Assembly: GCA_965228855.1 (NCBI GenBank) | Contig: CBDDIJ010000005.1 | Location: 32,001 to 96,000, forward strand | Reading direction: 5' to 3' | From: Candidatus Obscuribacterales bacterium | GTDB lineage: Bacteria; Cyanobacteriota; Vampirovibrionia; Obscuribacterales; Obscuribacteraceae | Length of the DNA: 64,000 nt | Shown here: in pieces, positions 38,796-48,354 of the stretch | Numbering within the stretch: the first letter of the stretch is position 1 | Layout of the letters: each line of letters opens with the position of its first letter | Made by a program: the position numbers and the translations under genes | The notes under the pieces: model-generated | Seen by the model: the letters and a program-made list of their open reading frames with translations, nothing else | The model's database searches: none | Told to the model about the DNA's origin: nothing

Positions 38796-41117
38796 CTATG
38801 ATTGAATTTCGGATCGAGTTATATCCACGAGAATCTGCTTCATGAGAGGCTGATCGCTCTGCTCGCTGTAGTCTCCGAGCGGTATTAGGACATTTAACTC
38901 AGGCATGTAACCTGCCACGCTTCCTTTCGGAATGTTATATCTGACAGCGCGAAACCCTGATATCGAGCGCGTAGAGCCATCCTTTGCGTAGGAAACGATA
39001 TCAGTCTCATCGAACTCTTCCAAACCGCGACTTTGCATGTCTATTTCGTTCATCAACACCAGTCTCCGAAGGTTGTGAACGCCGCGATAGCGATCGTTGT
39101 TTGAGTACACAGTGGTGTTGAATTGATCGTGAGAGCGCATTGTACAGAGCATCAGCTTCCCGGCTGGTGGCAGAGTATCGCGCAGTGGAACAGCGGAGAA
39201 ATTAGCCTTCCCTGTATCGGTGAGAAACTTCAGTTCTCGAGCGGGCTGAGCGAGCCTGAAACCGAGGGGCTCACGAACGCGCTTGTTGAAATTCTCAAAG
39301 CCGTCAATCGCTTCGGACATCCTATCGCGTATCAAATCGTAATTCCCAACAAACGCTTCCCAGGGCGTATTCGAGGCAGGCATTGTTGCACGCGCGATAC
39401 CAGCGATGATGGCACATTCGGAGCGAAGTTTGTCAGAAGCTGGTCGACGAGTTCCCCGAGAGAGGTGAACCATACTCATCGAATCTTCCACGGTAATCTG
39501 TTGTGGACCAGCTGCCTGTTCGTCGTTTTCCGTCCTCCCCAAACAGGGCAGAATAAGCGCATCTTTGCCGTGTATGACATGGCTGCGATTGAGTTTCGTA
39601 CTGACATGCACGGTCAATGGACAACGCCGCATTGCTTCGAAAGTTTTTTCGGTATCAGGGGTAGCAGAAGCGAAGTTTCCGCCCATGCCGATGAAAACCT
39701 TTACGCGCCCCTCGTACATGGCTTCGATTGTTCTAACCGTATCAAGCCCGTGTTCTCGCGGCGATGTGATACCACAAGCTTGATCCATTTTGGCTAGCCA
39801 CGCCTCAGGCGGCGCGTGGTGAATGCCGCAGGTTCTATTACCCTGAACGTTGCTATGTCCGCGAATGGGAACAGCTCCAGCGCCCTCTTTTCCGAGGTTG
39901 CCGCGCAGTAAAAGAACGTTTACGATTTCTCTTATGGTGTCAACACCAAACTCGTGCTGAGTGACTCCCAAACACCAGCTCATGATCGCGGTTTTCGCCT
40001 GCCGGTAAATCTCTGCAGCTTTTACAATTTCGGCTTTTGAAACGCCTGATTGCTTTTCTATATCCTCCCACTTTGTGCTTTCGCAAACATTCTTGTAAGC
40101 CTCAAAACCGTGCGTATGTTTTTCGATAAATGAAACATCAAGCGCGGAGCTGTCAGATTGAAACTGTTCGAGCAAATACTTGCCAATTCCGCGGATAATT
40201 GCAAAGTCGCCTCCGACGCGAGGTTGTAAGTTCAAGGATGACGTTTTCGTCGATTTGAAAGTGAGCATAGCCATGATCTCGTGAGGCGTGATTGCCTCTG
40301 TGGCTGCAACTTCTATCAGCGGATTAATGTGAACTATTTTCATATCTCGCTCGTTAACGCCGTCACCAAGAGCAGTAAGCATGCGCGGAGCGTTCGTTGC
40401 GACGTTCACACCAATCACAAAGATTGCATCGGTCTTCTGCAAATCAACCAGATCGCAAGTGCCCTTTCCGGTTCCAATCGCCGCACTGAGAGCGCGTCCA
40501 CTCGCTTCATGACACATATTTGAGCAGTCCGGAAGATTGTTGGTTCCGAACTCACGAGCGAACAGCTGATACAAAAAGGTGGCTTCGTTCGATAAGCGCC
40601 CTGATGTGTAGAAACTCGCTTCGTTAGGCGATTCCAGCGAGTTCAAATGCTGAGCAATCAGCTGAAAGGCGTCACTCCAACTGACCGGCACGTAGCGATC
40701 GGTTGTTGCGTTATAGCGCATGGGTTCAGTCAAACGCCCGACGTTCTCCAACTCGAAATCGCTGCATGTTTCCAGTTGCTTTACCGGATGACGTTCAAAC
40801 CATTCTCTATCGCAGCGCTTCTTAGTCATCTCCCAGCTGACGTGCTTGATGCCATTTTCGCAAATGTCCATCCGCAGCCCTTTGCGGTCATCAGGCCAGG
40901 CACATCCGGGGCAATCGAACCCGCCGTTTTCATGATTCATCCGAAAGATTGCTTCGACGCCTTGAACGACCTCTTGCTGTTCAATCAAGACGCGAGCAAC
41001 ACTGAAAGCCGCGCCCCATGCTGCAGCGGGATGTTTGTAGTCTTTCTGCGAAAAATTACGCTTTAGCTTTTTCCTCGCCAATTTGCCTGCAACATCGAGT
41101 GGTTTCTTATCATCCAT
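38796..41117 (-). CDS. FdhF/YdeP-family molybdopterin oxidoreductase
   Basis: Motifs GFDCPGCAWPD, CENG.K, FYTSGR.SNE, NNLPDCSNMCHE, RGHSNVQG, RSHDQFNTT.Y. Start ATG 41117 with an AAGGGA RBS. Confidence 0.93.
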   Translation of the reverse strand: MDDKKPLDVAGKLARKKLKRNFSQKDYKHPAAAWGAAFSVARVLIEQQEVVQGVEAIFRMNHENGGFDCPGCAWPDDRKGLRMDICENGIKHVSWEMTKKRCDREWFERHPVKQLETCSDFELENVGRLTEPMRYNATTDRYVPVSWSDAFQLIAQHLNSLESPNEASFYTSGRLSNEATFLYQLFAREFGTNNLPDCSNMCHEASGRALSAAIGTGKGTCDLVDLQKTDAIFVIGVNVATNAPRMLTALGDGVNERDMKIVHINPLIEVAATEAITPHEIMAMLTFKSTKTSSLNLQPRVGGDFAIIRGIGKYLLEQFQSDSSALDVSFIEKHTHGFEAYKNVCESTKWEDIEKQSGVSKAEIVKAAEIYRQAKTAIMSWCLGVTQHEFGVDTIREIVNVLLLRGNLGKEGAGAVPIRGHSNVQGNRTCGIHHAPPEAWLAKMDQACGITSPREHGLDTVRTIEAMYEGRVKVFIGMGGNFASATPDTEKTFEAMRRCPLTVHVSTKLNRSHVIHGKDALILPCLGRTENDEQAAGPQQITVEDSMSMVHLSRGTRRPASDKLRSECAIIAGIARATMPASNTPWEAFVGNYDLIRDRMSEAIDGFENFNKRVREPLGFRLAQPARELKFLTDTGKANFSAVPLRDTLPPAGKLMLCTMRSHDQFNTTVYSNNDRYRGVHNLRRLVLMNEIDMQSRGLEEFDETDIVSYAKDGSTRSISGFRAVRYNIPKGSVAGYMPELNVLIPLGDYSEQSDQPLMKQILVDITRSEIQS

Positions 41118-41290
41118 GCGGATTCCCTTTTGATTGGACACTCGTCCAAAACTCATTATGAATTTGTATATGCCTATCTATTTCCCGCGATTTTTGTGTA
41201 CTAAACAGCTGACAGAATGAGCGTTTCCGGAGAAGTGTAGAAAATAGTATCGTGATAGACTGGGATAAGCAGTCAGACGAGAGAGCGGGT

Positions 41291-41785
41291 ATGGTCAAAG
41301 TCGCAGGGTTCTTAATCGCGTTCTTCTCGATCGTCGGCTTCTTAACGATGTCGGCGGCTCGAACGGAAGCGCCTAGAGCCAGAGTACAGACGCCAGTTAT
41401 CGTCTGCACAAAAGAATTGAAGGCCGGCAGCAAAATATCCGCAAACTCGTTTGTGCAGGTGTTACAAGCGGATGTCCCCGTCAATGCAGCGACAGAACCT
41501 GTACATGTCACGGGTATGTACATAAATTGCAACCGCCGAGTTGGCGACAGAATTTACTTACAAGATCTGCTTCATGACCGCTCGAACATCATTGTGTCAG
41601 CCTATAGGACCAAAAGAAAAATCGAGAATGGTGAGGCGCTCAATCTGAGTAATGTTGCACTGGATCGAGCTGCGATCGGTGAGCTTCCACCTGCTTACAT
41701 TTCCAATTGCTCTCAATTCAACTCAAAGTCCGCCGCGCGAGACCTTGATGCCTACAGTTTTTTCGCTGCCGGTGACATAAAGTAA
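41291..41785 (+). CDS. membrane-anchored SAF-domain (FlgA/CpaB-like) protein
   Basis: N-terminal hydrophobic helix and two SAF-like repeats (V.V...EL.AG.KI and AY...R.I..GE.L...V....A.RDL). Start uncertain (track 41252). Confidence 0.55.
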   Translation: MVKVAGFLIAFFSIVGFLTMSAARTEAPRARVQTPVIVCTKELKAGSKISANSFVQVLQADVPVNAATEPVHVTGMYINCNRRVGDRIYLQDLLHDRSNIIVSAYRTKRKIENGEALNLSNVALDRAAIGELPPAYISNCSQFNSKSAARDLDAYSFFAAGDIK

Positions 41786-42036
41786 TGGCAAAGCCAGCCA
41801 TGTGGCTACACTCTTTGCGTCTAAAATCCTCGCTTTTGCAAAAGTGGGAATTCCGAAGAAGTCCGCTAGCGGCCGCGTCCAAAGTCGTGACAGGCGTTCA
41901 CCCTTTGCTCACCGATACGATATTCAACCCTCTCCATCTCCGAACGAAAGACGCTGAGGATGTCGGCAAAAAAACCGACGATCACGCACAGAAAAATGCA
42001 AAGTATTGCGCACCTGGCCATAATTTCAGTTTAGCA

Positions 42037-43080
42037 TCAGCTAGGTCTGATGCTCATATGTTTTTGGCTGGTATGCAGCAAGCGCGATACAGTGGCACCG
42101 CTCATGATACCGCCTAAGCAGACGAAGAGAATGAAGAGGGACGACAATAAAGCGCGATTCCCGTCATCCCAGAGATCCGGTATATTGAAGCCTACAGATA
42201 CGCTAATCAGGGCCAAGTTAAAAGCAACATTTACGAGGTCAAATAGCAAAAATGGAAGGCAGCATAACATAGCCGCAACGATCTTCGAAGACAATTCTTC
42301 TCGTCTAACTAGAGTCGCTGAAGCAAGAGCTGCAGCAAAGATCCCGACGGCGTCTTTAGCGATTTCGAAGCGCCAGGAGGTTGATAGAACTGACAAAAAA
42401 CCAATGCAAACAATGGCGACAATACCGGGTCCAAGAATTCGCGCAGGGTCGACTCGCCGACTCAAAGCTCCCCAAAATTTCGAGCCAAACATTGATACAC
42501 AGAGAAAGCCTGGTAGTGAAAGCAGACCAACAATCATTAAGGGAGCCAGGTAGTCAAGGCTCGAGCTCAAACGTAGTCCTGTTAATGTATCTGTGAGTAG
42601 CATACACGCGAGCAACATCGGAATTGCGGCAAAATTCCAATGAATTGAGCCGCGGAAATGAGATTTCAAAAAGCCGAACGTCAGAGCAAATCCGAATAGA
42701 CCACATAGCAAAAACAAGCCAATGGCAAACATCCATTGTACGGAAACCTCTGCCTTACCCAGAAGCCTCTGTACAACTTCGTATCCATAGTGATATTCAG
42801 CAGAAACGACCGACATTGTTGCACTACCCACGAGAAAAGAAAGTGCAATGGCGACAGTCAGTTTAACTAAATCAATGATTGAAGACAGTTTTGAGCTCAA
42901 ATATTTCTCTTTCAATGGCAATATGTCGAGAACAGGATTCAGTATTGATGCCTCTTCTGCCACGACTGGCGAAAAGGAATCGGATATAGCACCAGGCCCC
43001 GACTTAGACGCATCGGTGTCCGAGGTTGGCCTGAGCTTGGTCGCAGGATCGGCAGGTGTCGTAAATTTGAACTTGCTCAT
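42037..43080 (-). CDS. multi-pass membrane hypothetical protein
   Basis: 347-aa ORF with about 8 hydrophobic segments, in the same orientation as the ccs operon. Confidence 0.7.
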   Translation of the reverse strand: MSKFKFTTPADPATKLRPTSDTDASKSGPGAISDSFSPVVAEEASILNPVLDILPLKEKYLSSKLSSIIDLVKLTVAIALSFLVGSATMSVVSAEYHYGYEVVQRLLGKAEVSVQWMFAIGLFLLCGLFGFALTFGFLKSHFRGSIHWNFAAIPMLLACMLLTDTLTGLRLSSSLDYLAPLMIVGLLSLPGFLCVSMFGSKFWGALSRRVDPARILGPGIVAIVCIGFLSVLSTSWRFEIAKDAVGIFAAALASATLVRREELSSKIVAAMLCCLPFLLFDLVNVAFNLALISVSVGFNIPDLWDDGNRALLSSLFILFVCLGGIMSGATVSRLLHTSQKHMSIRPS

Positions 43081-43134
43081 ATTCTTAACTTAGCAACGTT
43101 ACAAATTGTCTGCTCAAGAGTCCTGAATGACTAG

Positions 43135-44127
43135 TTACTTAAACTGCCCGTAGCTGTGCAGACCGCCGAAGCCCAGTGAGTTGAAACCGAGATAGGTCAG
43201 GAGTGTCAGCAGCAAGCCCACAACAGCAACTACGGCAAGTTTCTCCGGCTTCATGTCTCGGTGAATGCGAAGGTGAATGTACGCAGCGTAGCCGAGCCAG
43301 GTGACGAGAGCCATTGACTCTTTCGGGTCCCAGGACCAGTAGCTGCCCCAGGCGTGGTTCGCCCACAAGCCACCAGTGATGATACCAATAGTTAGTAGTG
43401 GAAAGCCAATGGCGATGCAGCGGTAGGAAACATCGTCATAGGTTTCAGCGAGTTTAGCGTTGACCTTGGAAGCATCGAATTGGTTTAAAAGCTTGAAGGC
43501 AACGACAACGCCGACTAAACTGCTGCCGACAAAGAGGAGCTGAAGCCAATGCACAGCTATCTCGGTGAATGTGCCTAAACCAATCGCGCTCACGGCGAGC
43601 ACTATTGTCGTAACCGCGACAGCAAGCGTTTTACGTCGCCCCGCGGCGAACAATTGCAGGAGCGCTGCAAGACCGGAGAGGAACAGCATAGCGTATGAAA
43701 CGATCAGCGGCGGCACGTGAATCTGGCGCCAGTATGAAACTAGAGCCGGAACCAGAGGTTGAATCTCATGCTGACTCGACGGCAGCCAGCTACCGTACAG
43801 GAAGAACGTAGCTGCGGTCAAGCTGGCGAGCCAACCAAGCTGCTTAATGCCATATGCGCGTGCGATCCATAAGTAACCACCCATGGTGGCCCATGCAAAC
43901 CACAATAGTGACTCGTACAGGTTTGATAAAGGAAACCGCTGAGCCTCAACTCCGCGCGTCACGATTGCGATGGTCAGCGAGAGGAAACCAACAATTAGAA
44001 CGCCGGAGGCGATTTTTAAAAGCAGCTCTTTCTTTCCTCGCAATCCGTTGGAAGCGACGAAAACCCAGAACGACATGACGGATGAAATTCCGGCAGTGTT
44101 TGTTAGTGCTAGCTGAAAGTCCGACAT
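43135..44127 (-). CDS. ccsA: cytochrome c biogenesis protein CcsA (system II, ResC)
   Basis: Motifs PLSNLYES, PLVPAL.S.W..IHV, WWD domain WANHAWGSYWSWDPKE, Y.H, GLHSY. Confidence 0.95.
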   Translation of the reverse strand: MSDFQLALTNTAGISSVMSFWVFVASNGLRGKKELLLKIASGVLIVGFLSLTIAIVTRGVEAQRFPLSNLYESLLWFAWATMGGYLWIARAYGIKQLGWLASLTAATFFLYGSWLPSSQHEIQPLVPALVSYWRQIHVPPLIVSYAMLFLSGLAALLQLFAAGRRKTLAVAVTTIVLAVSAIGLGTFTEIAVHWLQLLFVGSSLVGVVVAFKLLNQFDASKVNAKLAETYDDVSYRCIAIGFPLLTIGIITGGLWANHAWGSYWSWDPKESMALVTWLGYAAYIHLRIHRDMKPEKLAVVAVVGLLLTLLTYLGFNSLGFGGLHSYGQFK

Positions 44128-45785
44128 TAGGAGTCTCCTGAATGCGCGTCTGCGCCGGCTGCAACAAGTTTCTCATCGTGAGACGCCGGAGAATTCTCCA
44201 GAGTCTCCGCGAGTCTGTCATTAAATGACTTCGGTTCGCTCTTCGCAGCGGTCACCGCAGGCGGTGCTTGCGGTCCAATTTGCTGCGACAGCGACTCAAC
44301 GAGTTTATCGATCAACTTTTCAAAACCGGTCTTCGCCTTTAGCGATTTACCGCCGATGAATAAATAAGTCCCAGCTGGCTCACGCGTCGCTTCAACACGT
44401 GCGGAAGTCTCAGTCGGCTCATGAGTCGCATTGAGCTTGAGCGTAACATCAGGATCTTCGGTCGCACTCAGCTTCAACGTCACATCAGGATCGGCGACAT
44501 TGTTCAACTTCAACGTCGCATCAGGATCTTCAACAGCGCCAAGCTGTAAAGTTCTATCCGGGTCATCTTCGTTGTCGCTTCGCTGCTCGACGGAAACCCA
44601 GATATGTCGATGCGGAATCGCAGCCAACATTACGCCGACCATGATGAAAGCAAAGGCGATGTAGACAGTGACGAGTCCGGGATCATTCTTATACTGCAGA
44701 CCGGAAACCGGTATCACTCGGTCGAACTTCAATTTCACCGTGCCCAGAGTTACACTCTCTCCAGGCTTGAGTTCGGAAATCAGTTTGGGAGCCTCCCAAT
44801 CAGGACGCTTCGCAAACACGCGCATGGGCGCTGTTGTATCCAGGACGCTAAAAATAAACACCGTGGACTGATCGAGCGGAAGAAACGCAGCATAACGTTT
44901 TCCCATCGGCTGAACTTGCATGCGCTGCGGATGTCCATTGAAGCTTACTTCAACCGCGTCTATCCCCCAACTGGATTGATAGATATCAGTTCCATCATAC
45001 GAGAGCGGGTTGTTGACAGAGATCTCGCCCTGTTTAAGAACTTTGCCTTTCTCGTCGACTACCGAAAGATTTGAATACCACTGTTTGGGTTCGCCGGAAG
45101 GATAGTTTTCACGGCGAGTGCTGTCAACGCGAACGCCCCAGGTCGGCAACTTTCCAATCCACAATTTACTGTGTTGCGAACCGGACATCGACATGGTTTC
45201 GCCTAACAAAACGGGTTGAAAACCGCTGTAGCCGGTCCACGAAGTCACGGTGACGCCTGCGAGCAACGTCAGCAAACCAATATGTGTAATCGTTGCAGCC
45301 AGACGTCCATACTTGCCGGACTCAGCTGTCAAAGATTGCTCGTCCACCTTCACGGTGAACTTCCGCTTCGCCAGCTCGTTTACCACAAACGACATTGCTG
45401 CCGAACTCGAGTAATTTCCGAGGAAAACCTTGCGAGCCACTGGCATGTTTTCAATCTGACGCCCTTTCAAGAACGGCATCACCTGCTTCAACAGCTTGAC
45501 CTTCGGAAAGACTCTCTGAAAGCTGACCGCCACCATATTCAGGGTCAGCATCGCAATCAGGAAGAGAAACCAGGGGCTGTGAAAAATGTCTGAAACGCCA
45601 TACTTGATGAGAAACTTCGCCACATCAGGCGCGAACGCTTCAAAGACCTTCTCTCGTCCAACCACCGCTTCCTGAGGGCACCACGCCCCTATCAAAACAG
45701 TAATCGCCGTCAATGACATAAATGTCACGGCCATCTCCAGGCTGGCGAATACCGATATCTTTTTAGGAGTGGGTTCGTTTGTCAT
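44127..45785 (-). CDS. ccs1: cytochrome c biogenesis protein Ccs1/CcsB (ResB)
   Basis: Motifs IG...PQ, DIFHSPWF, GRL...ITH.GL, ISVN.PL.Y.G..IYQ.SW, GLQYK.DPG; start/stop coupled to ccsA. Confidence 0.92.
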   Translation of the reverse strand: MTNEPTPKKISVFASLEMAVTFMSLTAITVLIGAWCPQEAVVGREKVFEAFAPDVAKFLIKYGVSDIFHSPWFLFLIAMLTLNMVAVSFQRVFPKVKLLKQVMPFLKGRQIENMPVARKVFLGNYSSSAAMSFVVNELAKRKFTVKVDEQSLTAESGKYGRLAATITHIGLLTLLAGVTVTSWTGYSGFQPVLLGETMSMSGSQHSKLWIGKLPTWGVRVDSTRRENYPSGEPKQWYSNLSVVDEKGKVLKQGEISVNNPLSYDGTDIYQSSWGIDAVEVSFNGHPQRMQVQPMGKRYAAFLPLDQSTVFIFSVLDTTAPMRVFAKRPDWEAPKLISELKPGESVTLGTVKLKFDRVIPVSGLQYKNDPGLVTVYIAFAFIMVGVMLAAIPHRHIWVSVEQRSDNEDDPDRTLQLGAVEDPDATLKLNNVADPDVTLKLSATEDPDVTLKLNATHEPTETSARVEATREPAGTYLFIGGKSLKAKTGFEKLIDKLVESLSQQIGPQAPPAVTAAKSEPKSFNDRLAETLENSPASHDEKLVAAGADAHSGDS

Positions 45786-46537
45786 TCTGGGTTTCCGGAT
45801 TTATTCTTGATCGCGTCGGCCAGGTCTTGCTCGAAAAGCTGAGACGCTTCGTCAAAGTTATTGCGTTGCAAAGCGAGGCATACATCTTCAGAATAGATGA
45901 TTTGACTGATTATTTCCGAAAGGGAGGCATCGTCCAAATCCAGCCTGGCAGCCGTAACTTTCTCAATCACGAAGTCTGCGAACAGCGCGTAGTGATCCAT
46001 GTCACGAACAAAGGCTGCCTTGATGCGACTGATCAGAGCCTTCTCCAGCGCACCAGAAATTCCGTCGGTAGAAACCGAAATTTTGATTTGTCCCCGCCGG
46101 AACCAGCTTGGCAGGACAAAGTCGCTGGTTTGCTTGACCGACGCCTCAGTGCAAAGAACGCCCGCGACTTTCGCAAGTTTAGCAATGCGCTCATTGTCGG
46201 AATAGGAATTCGTGAAAGCAAAGATCAGAAAAAACTCCGACAGGTCGAATTTGCCTTCAAGCAAATCCTTCTGGGTGCCAGTCGAAAGTGACATCTTATG
46301 GCTGTAGGCCAAAGCGAGTTCTTTCATCTCCTCGTCCGGCTTATTCGCGAGCAGTTCGATTGTGGCACCACATTCGATGACACCCCGAATCAACGACAAA
46401 ATGCGCTCGCTATCTCCGACAATGAGAACGCGTTTACCTTCAAGGTTCAAGCCAATCGGAAAAAATCGCTTTCCATCAAGTGAGAGCTTAGAGCCGGGCT
46501 CTTTGACGTTTTGAGATTGTCCCGACTTTCTGGGCAT
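45782..46537 (-). CDS. precorrin-2 dehydrogenase/sirohydrochlorin ferrochelatase-like protein (CysG-N/SirC), divergent
   Basis: Motifs FPI.LNL.GK.VLIVG, LIFA.T, SDF.LPS...RG.I.ISVST.G. The usual GGG of the NAD-binding loop reads VGDSE here. Confidence 0.8.
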   Translation of the reverse strand: MPRKSGQSQNVKEPGSKLSLDGKRFFPIGLNLEGKRVLIVGDSERILSLIRGVIECGATIELLANKPDEEMKELALAYSHKMSLSTGTQKDLLEGKFDLSEFFLIFAFTNSYSDNERIAKLAKVAGVLCTEASVKQTSDFVLPSWFRRGQIKISVSTDGISGALEKALISRIKAAFVRDMDHYALFADFVIEKVTAARLDLDDASLSEIISQIIYSEDVCLALQRNNFDEASQLFEQDLADAIKNKSGNPE

Positions 46538-46547
46538 AGGCTCGAAC

Positions 46548-47618
46548 TCAGGTTGTTCTGGTCATCACATAGTTGGCTAAGGTAGCCAGTCCGTCTTTGT
46601 AAGAAGAATCTTTGATGTCTTTCAAGGACTCAATAGCTTTGTCAGCGTAACTGCGAGCGAGGTCAACCGTTTTCTCGACGCCGCCGTTGTTGCGTATGAT
46701 TGCAAGCGCCTCTTCAGCTCCTGCGTCTTCACAGATTGCGCGAGTGTCGATCAACTCCTTCAAGCGAGCCGAGTTAGAATCGCCCGCTTCGAGGATAAAC
46801 ATCGCAGGTGCAGTGACCACTCCATTACGCAAATCGCTGCCGACCGCTTTGCCGGTTTCTTTCTGAGAACCGGTTATGTCCAGCAAATCGTCGACGATTT
46901 GGAAACAGATGCCTAGGTTGAGACCGTAGTCTTTGAGATTTTGAATGGTTTCGTTCGAGCAGCCGTTCAAGATGGCTCCACTGTGGCTGCCGGCCGAAAA
47001 GAGTGAGGCGGTTTTTCCGACCGATTTCTCGATGTAAGCGTCCCAGTCGACTTTCGTTTGAAACTGTTGGCGCATCTGTTTGATCTCACCAGAGCAAAGA
47101 TCGCCCAGAACCTGACCGTAAATACCGACCACAACCGGGTTCATAATGCGAGCCAGACAAATCGACGCTTGAGCAAACAGCAAGTCGCCCATGAGAACTG
47201 CGATTCGGTCGTTCCACTTCTTATTGATGGTTTCCTGACCGCGACGCACGGAAGCCTTGTCTATCACGTCATCGTGGACGAGGCTGGCAGTGTGAATCAG
47301 TTCGGTCAAAACCGCAAGAATGATGTGCAAGCGGCTCAGCTTACCGGTCTCACGCGCCGTCGCTTTCGAGGAAAGCAAGACGATAAGCGGGCGAATCCGC
47401 TTACCGCCGGCGTGGAAGATTTGCTTGAGCAACTCCTCGACAAATGTGTTGTCGTCAATTAAGTTCGATTTGAGCCAGTCCTCGACCAGCGACATCTCGT
47501 CACTGACGAGATCGAACAGAGAAGATAGTGATGGGGTGCCCGCGATAGTCGCAGACGGGGATCCTTGTGCTGACTTCATAACCCTTCGGTTGTCAAAGAT
47601 ACGGTCTAAGCTTTTCAT
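46548..47618 (-). CDS. long-chain polyprenyl (solanesyl/octaprenyl-type) diphosphate synthase
   Basis: Motifs GGKRIRP, ELIHTASLVHDDVID...RRG, AVL.GD, KTASLF, FQIVDDLLD, GK..GSDL. Confidence 0.93.
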   Translation of the reverse strand: MKSLDRIFDNRRVMKSAQGSPSATIAGTPSLSSLFDLVSDEMSLVEDWLKSNLIDDNTFVEELLKQIFHAGGKRIRPLIVLLSSKATARETGKLSRLHIILAVLTELIHTASLVHDDVIDKASVRRGQETINKKWNDRIAVLMGDLLFAQASICLARIMNPVVVGIYGQVLGDLCSGEIKQMRQQFQTKVDWDAYIEKSVGKTASLFSAGSHSGAILNGCSNETIQNLKDYGLNLGICFQIVDDLLDITGSQKETGKAVGSDLRNGVVTAPAMFILEAGDSNSARLKELIDTRAICEDAGAEEALAIIRNNGGVEKTVDLARSYADKAIESLKDIKDSSYKDGLATLANYVMTRTT

Positions 47619-47829
47619 ATTCAGGTATCTAACGTCAATGTTTTAGCTACTAATCTCAACTAAAATACAAGACTGCGTGCGGGATGAGACGCACTTCATC
47701 CTCTCAAAAAGTGCCAATTTTGTGTCTCAGTTACGAATTAGCCGGTTTGGGATAAGTCGAAAGTTGGCAAGACATGATCGGTGTTTTAGATTGGTAATAT
47801 AGTCATCTCAGCAATTTTGGAGGCAGGTC

Positions 47830-48324
47830 GTGTTTGAGGATTTGAAAAGAAGGCTTCTCTCAGGAGAAATCTCATTCACACAGGCGCTGCCGGAAGCACT
47901 ACCTCAACTCCGCGGGAAAATCACAGACGACAACCTGTTGTGGCTGTCGAGCGAGCTGCAAGGTTACGCCGACGCATTGACGTTTTACCAATCACCGAAT
48001 CACGGGCTTCCCGCTTACCGAGCCGTCCCAGGCGCTTTATACTTGATGAGGCAGGACGGTTCGTTTGAGCCTCTTAACCACCCTTACGCCGCCCGGGACC
48101 GCTTCTTCTTGAGCGCTCCTATTCACTGGCTCGAAGAATTCTCGAACTTGCAAGGCGAGGACTCGCTTGTAGAACTGCAAGAGTTTGGCGCATTCGTCGC
48201 AAAAATGGGTGGAGGAGTTGTCTGCTCCTGCCCAAAATCTGAACTGAAACGCATTATTGCGACCTTCCGCAACGAGTTCATCAAGTTGTTAGACCAGGTT
48301 GATGCCGCTGCAAAGCAAGGCTAG
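47830..48324 (+). CDS. AbiTii-like domain protein
   Basis: GGAGG RBS before GTG; L.WL.SEL.GY...LP.YR.V.G resembles the AbiTii signature. Confidence 0.6.
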   Translation: MFEDLKRRLLSGEISFTQALPEALPQLRGKITDDNLLWLSSELQGYADALTFYQSPNHGLPAYRAVPGALYLMRQDGSFEPLNHPYAARDRFFLSAPIHWLEEFSNLQGEDSLVELQEFGAFVAKMGGGVVCSCPKSELKRIIATFRNEFIKLLDQVDAAAKQG

Positions 48325-48354
48325 CCGCTCGCACCGCATTCAATACCATCCGGT

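Noticed and set aside
41785..42117. 110-aa + strand ORF after the SAF-domain gene
   Set aside because: No recognisable features, and it overlaps the convergent membrane gene by about 80 nt.
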